From the NCBI GenBank assembly GCA_030454995.1, contig JAKDQI010000001.1, positions 1 through 50,644 on the forward strand: a stretch of DNA of 50,644 bases, given 5' to 3'. How positions within the stretch are numbered: the first letter of the stretch is position 1; each line of letters starts with the position of its first letter. Made by a program: the position numbers and the translations under genes. Under the pieces are notes generated by a model. That model was given only the letters and a program-made list of their open reading frames with translations, did no database searches and was not told the DNA's origin. Positions 20,767 to 32,005 of the stretch are shown here, one piece after another. Source of the stretch: Pseudolactococcus plantarum. GTDB taxonomy: Bacteria > Bacillota > Bacilli > Lactobacillales > Streptococcaceae.

Positions 20767-21357
20767 ATGAACCCTACTCACTCAACAACAATCGCACATC
20801 CGCTTACTATCACACAAAATAAAACAAAAAAAGTTATTTTAGCAGCACTTTTTGCAGCACTAGCCTATATTGCTATCCAATCCTTACATGTTAGCATTTT
20901 TGCACCTATAGGCGCCCCTTTTTTCCATGTTGGTAATACTGTCGTTGCATTAGCTGCGTTATATTTAGGTATTGGTTATGGCACTTTTTCTGGCGCAGTA
21001 GGCCTTGCACTTTTTGATATCATGAATGGATATGCTGTAGAAATGCCTCCTGTTTTCATTGGTAATGTATTGGTTGCGCTAACCATCCAACTAGTCTATA
21101 AATATCTGTACCCTCGTTTTTCAGATCGTATTTGGTTAGTGACACTTGCGGTCTCATCTGGAGTAGTGGTCAAGCTAATCACTGATTTTATCAATGCCTT
21201 GATTCGGGCAATAGTAACTGGTGTCTCTTTCAAACCTGCTGTACTACTAGCCTACACATCACTTCCTGCGACAGCAATTAATGGTATCGGAACGATTATC
21301 TTAGTCACTATATTATACCAGCCTATTAAAGTTATTTTACTTAAGTTTATCAAGTAA
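20767..21357 (+). CDS. ECF transporter S component, probably for a vitamin B6 vitamer
   Basis: About 6 TM segments; AALFAAL in TM1, FFHVGN, GLALFDIMNGY; co-oriented directly after pdxK. Confidence 0.75.
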   Translation: MNPTHSTTIAHPLTITQNKTKKVILAALFAALAYIAIQSLHVSIFAPIGAPFFHVGNTVVALAALYLGIGYGTFSGAVGLALFDIMNGYAVEMPPVFIGNVLVALTIQLVYKYLYPRFSDRIWLVTLAVSSGVVVKLITDFINALIRAIVTGVSFKPAVLLAYTSLPATAINGIGTIILVTILYQPIKVILLKFIK

Positions 21358-21387
21358 CACATCGTTATGCTACATCCTAACTTAATC

Positions 21388-21415
21388 AAAAAAAAACGTC
21401 GATTGACGTTTTTTT
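21388..21415. terminator. Bidirectional terminator between the ECF S gene and ridA
   Basis: AAAAAAACGTC-GATT-GACGTTTTTTT between convergent genes. Confidence 0.75.
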
Positions 21416-21800
21416 ACTTACCAAGATAAGCTACGATTTCAACTTCTACCAAAACATCTTTAGGCAGACGTGCTACTTCTACAGCAGAACGTGCTGGAAC
21501 TATTTCCCCAAATGCTTTAGCATACGCAGAGTTAAAAGGGACAAAGTTTTCCATATCGCTTAAAAAACAAGTTGTTTTCACAACATGGTCAACATCCGTT
21601 TTTGCAGCATCAAGTAGTGCTTTAATGTTTTTAAGGACTTGCTCTGTTTGCTCTGTGATCGTACTACCAACGATTTCCCCTGTTTCAGGATCCAATGGAA
21701 TTTGGCCAGAGGCAAATAAAAAGTCTCCTGCTATTTTACCTTGAACATATGGGCCGATAGCAGCAGGTGCTTTATCAGTTGAAATTATGTCAATTGTCAT
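21414..21800 (-). CDS. ridA: RidA family (YjgF/YER057c/UK114) enamine/imine deaminase
   Basis: APAAIGPYVQG, SGQIPLDP, PARSAVEVARLPKDVLVEVE (catalytic Arg present). Confidence 0.9.
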   Translation of the reverse strand: MTIDIISTDKAPAAIGPYVQGKIAGDFLFASGQIPLDPETGEIVGSTITEQTEQVLKNIKALLDAAKTDVDHVVKTTCFLSDMENFVPFNSAYAKAFGEIVPARSAVEVARLPKDVLVEVEIVAYLGK

Positions 21801-21906
21801 CTCTATACTCCTTTTAATTTTGTTTTCATCATATCACAAAATTGTATCATAGGCAATATTCATGCCTAATTTCTTAATCAAGATTGACGTTGCTACAAGC
21901 CTTGCC

Positions 21907-22800
21907 TTAGTTGCCTATCAAACTCATAAAGCTCGACTCTGTCTGACCATATGACACGCGAACACGATGAAGTGCAAATAACCCATCAGCACGACTCGCA
22001 AGACCAGGCTGAGTTGTTAACCCTAGCTGATAACCTGCTTTTGTCGCAATGTCACCTGTTTGATCATTATAACGACCAGAAGGATAGCAAATCACAGACG
22101 TATTTTGATGCAAAAGTTGATCTAAATATGTCTTAGACTCGGTTAATTGTCTACTTGCCTCATTTGGCGTTGCGTATTGTAAATCAATATGACTAACCGT
22201 ATGGCTCTCAAGAGAGATGAGTGGATTTTTTTTCATCTCTAATAACGACTCTTGTGTCATCTTATCTTCATTACCCACCATACCAGTGATGATGAAGAAA
22301 CTACCTTTCATACCAAGTTCGCTCAAGATCGGTGCAGCAGCTTGTTGGGCATTCTTATAGCCATCATCAAACGTAACCCAGACAATTTTATCTGCTGGTT
22401 TTTCGTTTGCTGTCAATACCCTTAACGCTTCATCAGGACTTAGCGTATAATACCCAGCCTTTTTCAAGGCCATCATCTCCATCTTAAACTCACTAGCTGG
22501 GACAAATAAGGTATTACCACCTACAACGTCCGCAATATGATGATACATAAGAATTGGAAATTTGATGGGTTGGTCTGACTTAACCCATTTTGCTTGATTT
22601 TCTTGCTTTTCAGGTATTGTTGATACAGCCGTTGAGATGGACTGACTACCCTTTGTGACGACTTTATTTTCCGCTTGTTTGCTAAGTTTTGTCGGTTGAT
22701 TGTCGACCTGCTTTACCAACCCAAAAGGGAAATAAAGCAAACATGTCATAACAGAAGCAACTAATAAGGTCACTAATGATATCCCTAATATTTTTTTCAT
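21907..22800 (-). CDS. Membrane-anchored polysaccharide deacetylase (carbohydrate esterase family 4)
   Basis: N-terminal TM/signal; PILMYHH, TFDDGY, SHTVSH, YPSG motifs. Confidence 0.88.
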   Translation of the reverse strand: MKKILGISLVTLLVASVMTCLLYFPFGLVKQVDNQPTKLSKQAENKVVTKGSQSISTAVSTIPEKQENQAKWVKSDQPIKFPILMYHHIADVVGGNTLFVPASEFKMEMMALKKAGYYTLSPDEALRVLTANEKPADKIVWVTFDDGYKNAQQAAAPILSELGMKGSFFIITGMVGNEDKMTQESLLEMKKNPLISLESHTVSHIDLQYATPNEASRQLTESKTYLDQLLHQNTSVICYPSGRYNDQTGDIATKAGYQLGLTTQPGLASRADGLFALHRVRVSYGQTESSFMSLIGN

Positions 22801-22815
22801 AATCTACACATCATC

Positions 22816-24153
22816 TTATGGTTTTAGTCTATGTAACAGACGAGGGAAGGGAATTGCTTCTCTGATATGTTCATTACCAGTAATCCAGGTCACAACACGC
22901 TCTAGCCCTAAGCCAAATCCTGAGTGAGGGACACTACCATATTTTCTCAAATCTAAATACCAAGCATACTCTGCTTCGGATAAGCCAAATTCAACCAATT
23001 TAGTTTTTAAATACTCATAGTCAGTCGCGCGCTCGGATCCACCAATAATTTCACCATATCCTTCTGGGGCTAATAAATCAGCACAGATCACCACATCATC
23101 ACGTGTTGGGTGTGGTTTCATATAGAATGCTTTGATGGCTTTAGGATAATTGAGAATAAACGTTGGTACTCCAAAATAATTTGAAATCCAAGTCTCATGA
23201 GGCGAACCAAAATCATCACCCCATGTGATCTTTTCATAATCATTATCTGCTTGATTTTCTTGTAGTAGTGTAACAGCATCATCATAAGTAATTTTTTTAA
23301 ACGGTGTTGTCACGTATTTTTCAAGTACTGTAACATCACGATCCAACTCAGATAAAGCATAGGCTTGATTCGTCATGACAGCTTGGATGATATGTTTAAC
23401 ATAAGCTTCTTGGACTTCTAGGGATGCCTCATGCGTTGTAAAAGCCATCTCAGGTTCTATCATCCAAAACTCTGTCAAATGCCTGCGTGTTTTAGATTTT
23501 TCAGCTCGAAAAGTAGGTCCAAATGTAAAGACTTTACCAAATGCCATTGCACCAGCTTCTGCATATAGTTGACCAGTTTGTGATAAAAAGGCTGGTTGCC
23601 CAAAATAGTCAGTCTCAAAAAGTTCAGTTGTACCTTCTGGGGCTGATCCTGTTAGGATTGGACTATCAATTTTGATAAATCCACGATCATTAAAGAATTC
23701 ATATGTCGCACGTATGATTTCATTTCTCACTAACATGATGGCATGTTGTTTACGACTACGCAACCATAAGTGACGATTATCCATCAGAAAATCAGTCCCA
23801 TGTTCTTTTGGTGTAATCGGATAGTCTACAGACACACCGATCACCTCAATATCAGTTACGTCTAACTCATAACCAAATTTACTGCGTTCATCAGCTTTGA
23901 CAACACCAGTCAGTTTGATAGATGTTTCTTGCGATAGGTGCTTGATTTGATCAAATTTAGCACCCCCTTCTACTTCACCATATTTCTCGATAAAATTAGG
24001 CTTAAATGCAACAGCTTGACAGTAAGCTGTTCCATCTCTTAACTGTAGAAAGGCAAGTTTCCCTTTACCTGATTTATTGGCAACCCAAGCACCAATTGTA
24101 ATTTCTTGATTCACATAATTTTTCACATCAATGATTGATACGAAATTTTCCAT
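22816..24153 (-). CDS. asnS: Asparagine--tRNA ligase
   Basis: [48 protein letters not shown]. Confidence 0.97.
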   Translation of the reverse strand: MENFVSIIDVKNYVNQEITIGAWVANKSGKGKLAFLQLRDGTAYCQAVAFKPNFIEKYGEVEGGAKFDQIKHLSQETSIKLTGVVKADERSKFGYELDVTDIEVIGVSVDYPITPKEHGTDFLMDNRHLWLRSRKQHAIMLVRNEIIRATYEFFNDRGFIKIDSPILTGSAPEGTTELFETDYFGQPAFLSQTGQLYAEAGAMAFGKVFTFGPTFRAEKSKTRRHLTEFWMIEPEMAFTTHEASLEVQEAYVKHIIQAVMTNQAYALSELDRDVTVLEKYVTTPFKKITYDDAVTLLQENQADNDYEKITWGDDFGSPHETWISNYFGVPTFILNYPKAIKAFYMKPHPTRDDVVICADLLAPEGYGEIIGGSERATDYEYLKTKLVEFGLSEAEYAWYLDLRKYGSVPHSGFGLGLERVVTWITGNEHIREAIPFPRLLHRLKP

Positions 24154-24246
24154 TTTTCCATCCCTTTGTTCAACCTAGTTATAGATTGAGTCGTTATTAT
24201 TTTGTTTAGTCGCTAATGAGTCAGCCAACTACTATCCTTATTCACT

Positions 24247-25425
24247 TTATTTTGTCATATAGGCTTTGAGTCGTTTCACCGCTTCAAATAAAGTATCAAT
24301 ATCAGTAGCATAGCTTAATCTGACATTCTCATCTGCTCCAAACCCAGCGCCTGTTACAAGTGCAACACCCGTCTCTTCTAAAATATCATCACAAAAAGCA
24401 GTGACATCAGAAAAACCTTTCATCTGCATCGCTTTAGACACTTTTGGAAAGAGGTAAAAAGCACCTTGAGGTTTAATTGCTTCAAATCCAGGGATCTCAT
24501 TAATCAATGGAAAGATTGTATTCAGACGTTCCTCAAATGCTTGACGCATTGTTTCAATCGTCGTTTGATCACCTGTCAAAGCCTCAATTGCAGCATATTG
24601 TGAGACAGCTGATGCATTTGATGTTGTTTGGCTGACAATTTTGCTCATCGCTTTTATAATATCAGGATGTCCCACTGCAAACCCGATACGCCAGCCCGTC
24701 ATCGCATACGTTTTAGATACGCCATTGATAATGATGGTTTGATTTCTAATTGCGTCTGATAGTGTTGAAATAGGTGTAAATTCATTGCCATTATAGACAA
24801 GACGACCATAGATATCATCAGCTAAAATCAGCACATCATTGTCTACTGCCCAATTGCCAATCTCCGTTAATTCCTCTGCTGTATAAATCATTCCTGTTGG
24901 ATTAGATGGCGAATTCAGGACCAAGACACGTGTTTTATCTGTTTTTAGCGTCTTGAGTTGTGAGACAGTTACCTTAAAATCAGACGTTTGTGAACCCACT
25001 GCAAATACAGGTACGCCACCAACCATTTTAATTTGATCTGCATAACTAACCCAGTAAGGTGTCGGAATAATGACTTCATCGCCACTATTTAAGACACTAG
25101 CAAATAGAGCATAAAGCGCAAATTTGGCTCCAGCTGTCACAACAACTTCATTTGGTGTAATCGCATAGCCATAAAAGTTTTTAAAATAGTCTACAACAGC
25201 GTGCTTTAGTTCTGGAAGCCCACTTGCCTGAGTATAAAAACTTGATTTCCCTGCATCAATGGCAGCTTTGGCTGCGTTTGCGATATTTTCAGGTGTTTTA
25301 AAATCTGGCTCACCTATTGTTAGCATGAGAATGTCACGCCCCTCGGCTTTTAGTGCTTTAGCACGTGCAGACGCTGCTAATGTAACAGATTCTTCTAATT
25401 GATTGACTAGGTTTGATAGCTGCAT
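24247..25425 (-). CDS. aspB: Aspartate aminotransferase (class I/II PLP)
   Basis: GEPDF, NSPSNPTG, DDIY, NGVSKTYAMTGWRIG; dinG-ypmB-aspB-asnS synteny. Confidence 0.88.
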   Translation of the reverse strand: MQLSNLVNQLEESVTLAASARAKALKAEGRDILMLTIGEPDFKTPENIANAAKAAIDAGKSSFYTQASGLPELKHAVVDYFKNFYGYAITPNEVVVTAGAKFALYALFASVLNSGDEVIIPTPYWVSYADQIKMVGGVPVFAVGSQTSDFKVTVSQLKTLKTDKTRVLVLNSPSNPTGMIYTAEELTEIGNWAVDNDVLILADDIYGRLVYNGNEFTPISTLSDAIRNQTIIINGVSKTYAMTGWRIGFAVGHPDIIKAMSKIVSQTTSNASAVSQYAAIEALTGDQTTIETMRQAFEERLNTIFPLINEIPGFEAIKPQGAFYLFPKVSKAMQMKGFSDVTAFCDDILEETGVALVTGAGFGADENVRLSYATDIDTLFEAVKRLKAYMTK

Positions 25426-25545
25426 ACTCTAGGTTCTCCCTTATTTGTTTGACTAAATACAAAAATATTGATCTAATAAAAATTATATCAAAAAATGACC
25501 AAAAAAACAGTGTTCTTAACGGTATCATGGCCGATTAACGTTGCC

Positions 25546-25580
25546 AAAAAAACGAACAGATCGACTATGACCTTGTTCGT
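25546..25580 (-). terminator. Intrinsic terminator after dinG-ypmB
   Basis: Minus strand ACGAACAAGGTC...GATCTGTTCGT followed by TTTTTT. Confidence 0.65.
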
Positions 25581-25648
25581 CTTATTTTCATTTCATAATG
25601 CTTGTAATATAGAGACTGATTCAAGTGACACATGATTCATTGACTGGA

Positions 25649-26077
25649 TCAATTTTTTGTCACTTTATCACCTGTTTTAAAATCATATAACATCAAATCT
25701 TTTGACACCCAAACGACTTGGCCTTTATATAAAGTTAACCTTGCTGTTTTTGGTGTCAAATCACTATGATTATCTGCCATATTGACCACAATGATGTCTC
25801 CACCTTTTTCAGGAATTAAAACACCTAATGTTTCTTTACTCTTATTCAGTCCAATCACACTATAGGTGGTCGTTTGTGTTGTTACCTTATCAAAATAGGT
25901 AACGTCAGTCACTGCTGTTTTCTTTTTAGCTAAAGTGATTACTTCAGTCTTTGCTCGCGTATAAGGACTCATCGCTTGTCTAAACATTAATAAAGCACTC
26001 AACAAAATCGCCAGTATAATCAACAATGCACCAATCAAAATTTGCGTTGGTTTTGGCATTCTTTTTTTTCTCATCAC
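25649..26077 (-). CDS. YpmB/TseB-like (DUF5590) membrane-anchored protein
   Basis: Basic N-terminus plus a single TM; C-terminal YDFKTG; conserved position between dinG and aspB. Confidence 0.7.
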   Translation of the reverse strand: MMRKKRMPKPTQILIGALLIILAILLSALLMFRQAMSPYTRAKTEVITLAKKKTAVTDVTYFDKVTTQTTTYSVIGLNKSKETLGVLIPEKGGDIIVVNMADNHSDLTPKTARLTLYKGQVVWVSKDLMLYDFKTGDKVTKN

Positions 26078-26086
26078 TTCTCCTAC

Positions 26087-28441
26087 CTATGACAAAAACT
26101 TGTAGATTTGACTACTTATTTGGTCAATTTTTGAAAAAATCAGATGATTACCTTTGGATAGTTTCTTAACCATTTGCTTAGCATAAGTTTTACCTGCTAA
26201 TCGCTTATCCAAAATAACAACCGCTGATTTTTGGTCATCACGCCGATTCACACGACCAAATGCTTGCGCTAACTGTAAGGTAGCTAAGGGGACTGAAAAA
26301 TCATAGAAAGCATTTTTAAAACGCTTGGCATACTTTCTAATCAAAATGTCATCTGGTACTGAAAATGGTAATCGAGTTATGATTAAAATGAGTTCAGATT
26401 GTTTATCAAAATCGACCCCCTCCCAGAACTTTTTACTACCTAGTAAAATAGCATCTGGCTGTTCATCAAATTTCTTTTTCACACGACTAGCATCACCTGG
26501 ATTTTCAGCTTTTAAAACAGCTATATCTGCCATCTCCAATGCTTGAGCAGTTAAAGATAAACTTTCATGACTTGTAAATAGCACAACAATTGGTTTACCA
26601 ATTTTTTTAAACCTTTGTATCTCTTGCGACAAGTATTCAGCATACGCTTGTGCTGATATAGTCGTCAAATCAGGACTATCACTTGCCACAAAAATTTTCT
26701 GATTAGCTTGTTTCTCTGCAGGTATGACATCGAATGTATAATCAGTAAACCCTAACAATTCTGGAAATACCGCTCGTTTTTTAGACATCACTAAGGTCGC
26801 ACCGATTAAAAAGGTCTTAGTCTCTTTTGGTATCATGGCAGCAAAGTTTAAAAAATCTTTTGGACTTGACTTTAAAACATGATTTTGTACCCAGACAAAA
26901 TCATCTTGATTTGCTAGCACATTATTGATAGCTGACAGTCCTAGTTCCTTTGCATCAATTCGAATTTTTTCGATATCTAGTTGTCGTCGTGATAACTGAT
27001 AAGTCAAACTCTCTACCAAACGTTTTTGTAAATGAGAGGTATGCGTCTCCACTTTAACAAGTTCATCTACCAGTTTGACTGATTTTTGATGCGCATGTTC
27101 CAAAACAGAAAATAATTGTTGTGCTTCATCCACTACTAAAACTTTATCTTCAAACAGCTCGGTTTGATCCATGATTCGCTCAGCGAGATAAGCGTGGTTC
27201 ATCACGATAACTTGTGCATCTTTTACACGCTGTTGCGTTAACTGCCAAAAGTCCTGTTCAAAATGAAGCTGTCCTTTATAGACCCGACCTGAATGTCGAA
27301 TAGCATCTAAATAATTAGGACTTGTCATAGTCAAGCTTAATTCATCCAATTCACCCGTTTTCGTTTCTGTCAACCAGACCAAAACTTTCATCTTGAATAT
27401 TTCATAATTCTTGCCATCTTGACAACTCTCTAGTATTTGACGGAATTTTTCTAAGCAAATATAATTCTGCGTCCCAAGTAATTTAACAAAGTTTACACCA
27501 AAATTGTCCTTGAAAATCGGAGCTAAATCCTGCAACAACTGTTCTTGCAGGACTTTAGTCGGCACTGACACAATGACTTTTTTATCTAGTCCTAATAAGG
27601 TCAATAAGTAAGCGTATGTTTTTCCGATGCCTGTTGGCGCTTCGATAAAAGATGCACTAGTATCTCCCAAACGTTGACTAACTAAATCAGCAAATACTTG
27701 CTGCTTAGGGCGTTCAGCCAAATCAAGCAAAGCCAGATTTTCTTTAAATTGCTCTCTTACTAAATTTTTATTCTTAGATAAGTAGGGCTTAAGTGTTGCA
27801 ATCTGATCTACTTTAACAAGATCATCTTTGATAAGTCTGGAAAGGTTCAACTGTTCTGAAATAACATTTTTTGTCTCGTAAATCAAACTATCCGCATGAC
27901 GTGCAATTTCAGTGAGCACATTTTTGGGAAGTTCTGCCATTTTTTTCTGAAGTTTAATTAGTAATTCAGCAGTAGCATAAGCATCTGATACTGCTTCATG
28001 AGGTCGCTCTAGTACCAAGTCTAATACACGCGAAAGTGATCCCAAACCATATTTGTTTAGTGTTGGGAAAAAAATTCTCGCTAATTCTATGGTATCAACG
28101 CGTGGTAACTCAAGTTTGACACCATGTTCGGCAAAGGTACGCATCAGCAAATTATAGTCGAATTTAACATTATGTGCGACAAAGGTACACCCTGCTAATA
28201 ACTCTGATACCTCAGACATAATTTGTTCAAAATCAGGTGCAGCTGCCACTTGTGCAGTCGTAATGCCTGTTAAAGCTGTGATATGACTATCTAATGCCTC
28301 ATGAGGATTGACATCTGTTTGATAAGTTTTGATAATCTGAACATTTTCAACGATCACGATACCGATTTGAATAATTTTACTCGTGTGGCTAGCGCTTGTC
28401 GCTTCTAAATCCACTACTGCATATTTCATCATTACTGTCAT
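26087..28441 (-). CDS. dinG: Bifunctional DnaQ-type 3'-5' exonuclease / DinG-family helicase
   Basis: N-terminal DEDDh (VDLEAT, AHNVKFD, HEAVSDA), Walker A EAPTGIGKT, DEAQQ, FWEGVDF, QAFGRVNR. Start could be any of three close ATGs. Confidence 0.9.
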   Translation of the reverse strand: MTVMMKYAVVDLEATSASHTSKIIQIGIVIVENVQIIKTYQTDVNPHEALDSHITALTGITTAQVAAAPDFEQIMSEVSELLAGCTFVAHNVKFDYNLLMRTFAEHGVKLELPRVDTIELARIFFPTLNKYGLGSLSRVLDLVLERPHEAVSDAYATAELLIKLQKKMAELPKNVLTEIARHADSLIYETKNVISEQLNLSRLIKDDLVKVDQIATLKPYLSKNKNLVREQFKENLALLDLAERPKQQVFADLVSQRLGDTSASFIEAPTGIGKTYAYLLTLLGLDKKVIVSVPTKVLQEQLLQDLAPIFKDNFGVNFVKLLGTQNYICLEKFRQILESCQDGKNYEIFKMKVLVWLTETKTGELDELSLTMTSPNYLDAIRHSGRVYKGQLHFEQDFWQLTQQRVKDAQVIVMNHAYLAERIMDQTELFEDKVLVVDEAQQLFSVLEHAHQKSVKLVDELVKVETHTSHLQKRLVESLTYQLSRRQLDIEKIRIDAKELGLSAINNVLANQDDFVWVQNHVLKSSPKDFLNFAAMIPKETKTFLIGATLVMSKKRAVFPELLGFTDYTFDVIPAEKQANQKIFVASDSPDLTTISAQAYAEYLSQEIQRFKKIGKPIVVLFTSHESLSLTAQALEMADIAVLKAENPGDASRVKKKFDEQPDAILLGSKKFWEGVDFDKQSELILIITRLPFSVPDDILIRKYAKRFKNAFYDFSVPLATLQLAQAFGRVNRRDDQKSAVVILDKRLAGKTYAKQMVKKLSKGNHLIFSKIDQISSQIYKFLS

Positions 28442-28548
28442 TTTCTATATAAAAGATAAGTTATCCTATTATAACATATTATCTAAGAGGCTTTGGATTT
28501 ACTGTATCATTTATGGAGATTGAAGCAAATTTAAAACATAGTTTAACT

Positions 28549-28582
28549 AAAAAAACTACCCAAAGTACTCGGATAGTTTTTT
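28549..28582 (-). terminator. Terminator after murA
   Basis: AAAAAACTACCC...GGATAGTTTTTT inverted repeat 10 nt past the stop. Confidence 0.6.
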
Positions 28583-28591
28583 ACAGACAAC

Positions 28592-29857
28592 TTATTCATC
28601 GACTAATTTAATATCAACACCTAGCGCTGTCATTTTTTCAATAATGTTATCATAGCCACGTAAAATAAATTCTACATTAGAAATTTTCGTTTCCCCACTA
28701 GCAATAATACCAGCATTCACTAAGGCTGCACCTGCTCGTAGATCTGTTGCGACTACCTCAGCACCTTGTAATTGATTTGGCGCATGATAATTAATTTCGC
28801 CATTACTTGCTACGATATCTGCGCCCATACGTGCTAATTCGGCTGCATGATTCACACGTTTTTCATAAATCGTATCGATGATTTTACCACGACCATTTGT
28901 CATTAATAATAATGGTGTAATCGGTTGTTGCAAATCAGTTGCAAATCCAGGATATGGGACCGTTTTGATCGTCACTGCTTTAAGATTTTCTGATTTTAAG
29001 ACCTCTATCGAATCATCTCTGACAATCATCTGAACGCCCATCTCTTCTAATTTAGCAATGAAAGATTCTAGATGTTCATAAATAACATTATTGACAACAA
29101 CACCATCTCCACAAGCTGCTGCTAAACTTAGATAAGTGCCAGCCTCAATACGATCTGGAATGACTGTATGACGAGCACCACTTAGTGTTTCTACGCCATC
29201 GATACGGATAACATCAGTACCTGCGCCACGAACCTTAGCACCCATATTATTCAATAACGTCGCCACATCAATAATTTCAGGTTCACGTGCTGCATTTTCA
29301 ATAATTGTTCTGCCTTTAGCTTTTACAGCTGCGAGCATCGTATTAATTGTCGCACCGACAGAAACCATATCCATAAAGATAGTTGAGCCTACTAAGCTAC
29401 TCCCATCAGTTGTTAAATGCATGGCATTTTCTTTAAATGTCATACGTGCACCTAACGCTTCAAAGGCCTTAATATGTAGATCAATTGGCCTAGGACCTAA
29501 ATCGCACCCACCTGGCAAGCCAACAGTCGCTTCACCAAATTTTCCAAGTAAAGAGCCATTAAAATAGTAAGAGGCACGAAGAGAGTTAATCTTACCATAA
29601 GGTAGTGGTTTTGACTCAACGCCACGAGGATCTATTATCACAGTACCTGCTACAATATCTCGCTCAATTTTGGCACCCATGATCTCTAATATATCGATTA
29701 AACTTGCAACGTCAGAAATGTCAGGAACTCCTTCAAGTGTCACAATATCATCTGCTAATATTGTTGCTGGGATTAAAGCAACAACAGAATTCTTTGCACC
29801 TGATATTGTCACCTCTCCTGAAATTCTTTTTCCACCATTAATTACTATTTTTTTCAT
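28592..29857 (-). CDS. murA: UDP-N-acetylglucosamine 1-carboxyvinyltransferase
   Basis: [26 protein letters not shown] (catalytic Cys), [22 protein letters not shown]. Start taken at MKKIVING. Confidence 0.95.
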   Translation of the reverse strand: MKKIVINGGKRISGEVTISGAKNSVVALIPATILADDIVTLEGVPDISDVASLIDILEIMGAKIERDIVAGTVIIDPRGVESKPLPYGKINSLRASYYFNGSLLGKFGEATVGLPGGCDLGPRPIDLHIKAFEALGARMTFKENAMHLTTDGSSLVGSTIFMDMVSVGATINTMLAAVKAKGRTIIENAAREPEIIDVATLLNNMGAKVRGAGTDVIRIDGVETLSGARHTVIPDRIEAGTYLSLAAACGDGVVVNNVIYEHLESFIAKLEEMGVQMIVRDDSIEVLKSENLKAVTIKTVPYPGFATDLQQPITPLLLMTNGRGKIIDTIYEKRVNHAAELARMGADIVASNGEINYHAPNQLQGAEVVATDLRAGAALVNAGIIASGETKISNVEFILRGYDNIIEKMTALGVDIKLVDE

Positions 29858-29991
29858 ACTTATAATCTTGTCCAATTCTTAAATGTAAAATCCATGCCTA
29901 TCTATTCTACCATAAAAAATTCGATTTGACTTTGAGAATACTCTAATAAAATAATATTATTTACTCATTGTTCTATTATTATGGACACTTA

Positions 29992-30030
29992 AATAAAAAA
30001 CTGTTAGTCATTTACTAACAGTTTTTTATT
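29992..30030 (-). terminator. Intrinsic terminator after the lmrCD-like operon
   Basis: Perfect 17-bp inverted repeat AATAAAAAACTGTTAGT / ACTAACAGTTTTTTATT. Confidence 0.8.
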
Positions 30031-30100
30031 TGGTATATCTCGCGTATACAAACACTTACTTCTACAGTTAATTTTTAAAAATCAAAAGCTTATCACTAAA

Positions 30101-32005
30101 TCATTCAAACACAAACTGATTATGATAAAGCTCTGAATAAAAGCCGTTAGGTAGTTTAAGTAATTCATGATGACTACCCTCTTCAATAACTTCACCATCT
30201 TTTAAGACCACAATTTTATCTGCATTCAAAATTGTTTTTAAGCGATGGGCAATTACAAATGATGTACGACCAGCGATTGCAGCTTCCATAGCCATCTGAA
30301 TTTGTTCTTCTGTTACGGTATCAACGTTAGATGTTGCCTCGTCCAAAATCAAAAGCTTAGGATTTGTTAAAATCGTACGTGCGATCGATATTTGTTGTTT
30401 CTGACCAGTTGAAAAGACATTTTCATCATCATCGACAAACGTCTCATATTTATCAGGTAGACTCTCAATGAATTCATGAATATGCGTTGTTTTAGCAGCT
30501 GTGATTACTTCTTCATCAGATGCATCAAACCCAAATTTTATATTATCTTTGATAGTTCCACTAAAAAGAACTGAGTCTTGTAACACGATACCAACACCGC
30601 GACGTAAAGTATCTAGATCGATATCTCTGATATCAACACCATCAAATTTAATACTACCATTATCTACATCATAAAATCGATTCATCAAATTCATGATAGT
30701 TGTTTTACCAGATCCAGTAGGACCAACCACAGCCACCATCTGACCTTTTTTAACATCGATGCTAACATCTCTTAAGACAGGTTTGCCAGGTAGATAACTA
30801 AAGTCAACATGTTCTATCGATACATTGTCTTTAATCTCATTAAATTTGATCCCATTTTCAGGTCGAATTTCTTCTTTTTCATCAAACATTTCCTGTAAAC
30901 GACGAGCACCTGTAACAGCCATCTGTAATTGAGAAAATGATGATGAAATCTGCATCACTGGTTGATAATACTGTTGTGAGTATTGAACAAACGTCACAAC
31001 TAACCCGAGAGCTGCTGCAGTAGATAATGACTTATCATTTAGCGTGATAAGAGAGCCAAAGAAGATAACAATTGCTAAATTGACGAAATTCATCCCATTT
31101 AACATAGGCATTAACATACCAGAGTAGACTTGGCCTTTAAAGGTTGCCTGACGAACTTTGTCATTTTGTTTCACAAATCCATCAATCGTATCTGCTTCTA
31201 ATCCTTCAACGATGATGACTTTTTGACCTGAAATTTTTTCATCCATATAGGCATTCAGATGCCCCACTTCTTCTTGCTGTAAATCGATATATTTCTTAGC
31301 TTGTTTGATAACGACAGCTGATAGTAAAAGGGCTACCGGCGTTGAAGCGATTGTTACCCAAGCTAGGTCAACATTTTGACGGAACATCATAATCAAAACG
31401 CCAATAAACATGGCACCTTGTGTTACAACTTGAACGAGTGATTGGTTAAGTGAGTTTTGAATATTATCTAAATCTGATGTAAAACGACTTAGAATATCGC
31501 CATCTTGATGACGATCAAAAAATGAAATCGTTAAACGTTCCAGTTTACCAAATAATCCTTTACGCATCGAATTTGTCGAATGAGAAACAATACGACCAAA
31601 CAAAATTTGATAAACCAACATCCCAACCGTCATAAATATATAAGCTAGTAATAGTTTCCACATCACATCAAAGAATGCGGTCTTTTCTGGTACATGTTTA
31701 GCTAAATCTACTAATTGTGTGACATCTGTTGGCAAACCTTTTTTAGCTAACTGTTCAGCCATTGCTTGCGGTAATTCTGAAGGAATATGCCCATTAAATG
31801 ACGCAACAATCTTTTCAGCTCCCACATGATGAAAATAAGCTGTTACCCATTCTACTAATTTAGTTAAGGATTCCCCGATTAAGACTGGTGCCTTAACCTG
31901 TAAATAAGTGGACCCGACCACTGCAATCGTAATGATGACAAATGATAACTTATATTTCTTGAAATAACTCCAGAAAAATTTAATTGCTTTTCCGTATTCT
32001 CCCAT
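30101..32005 (-). CDS. lmrD: Heterodimeric multidrug ABC exporter, LmrD/PatB-like subunit
   Basis: TMD plus NBD; GPTGSGKT, degenerate signature FSTGQKQ, canonical Walker B ILDEATS, H-loop IAHRL, C-terminal YHNQFVFE. Confidence 0.8.
   Translation of the reverse strand: MGEYGKAIKFFWSYFKKYKLSFVIITIAVVGSTYLQVKAPVLIGESLTKLVEWVTAYFHHVGAEKIVASFNGHIPSELPQAMAEQLAKKGLPTDVTQLVDLAKHVPEKTAFFDVMWKLLLAYIFMTVGMLVYQILFGRIVSHSTNSMRKGLFGKLERLTISFFDRHQDGDILSRFTSDLDNIQNSLNQSLVQVVTQGAMFIGVLIMMFRQNVDLAWVTIASTPVALLLSAVVIKQAKKYIDLQQEEVGHLNAYMDEKISGQKVIIVEGLEADTIDGFVKQNDKVRQATFKGQVYSGMLMPMLNGMNFVNLAIVIFFGSLITLNDKSLSTAAALGLVVTFVQYSQQYYQPVMQISSSFSQLQMAVTGARRLQEMFDEKEEIRPENGIKFNEIKDNVSIEHVDFSYLPGKPVLRDVSIDVKKGQMVAVVGPTGSGKTTIMNLMNRFYDVDNGSIKFDGVDIRDIDLDTLRRGVGIVLQDSVLFSGTIKDNIKFGFDASDEEVITAAKTTHIHEFIESLPDKYETFVDDDENVFSTGQKQQISIARTILTNPKLLILDEATSNVDTVTEEQIQMAMEAAIAGRTSFVIAHRLKTILNADKIVVLKDGEVIEEGSHHELLKLPNGFYSELYHNQFVFE

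Noticed and set aside
24154-24246. T-box riboswitch before asnS
   Set aside because: The gap is only 93 nt, with no T-box consensus (AGGTGGNACCGCG) and no terminator.
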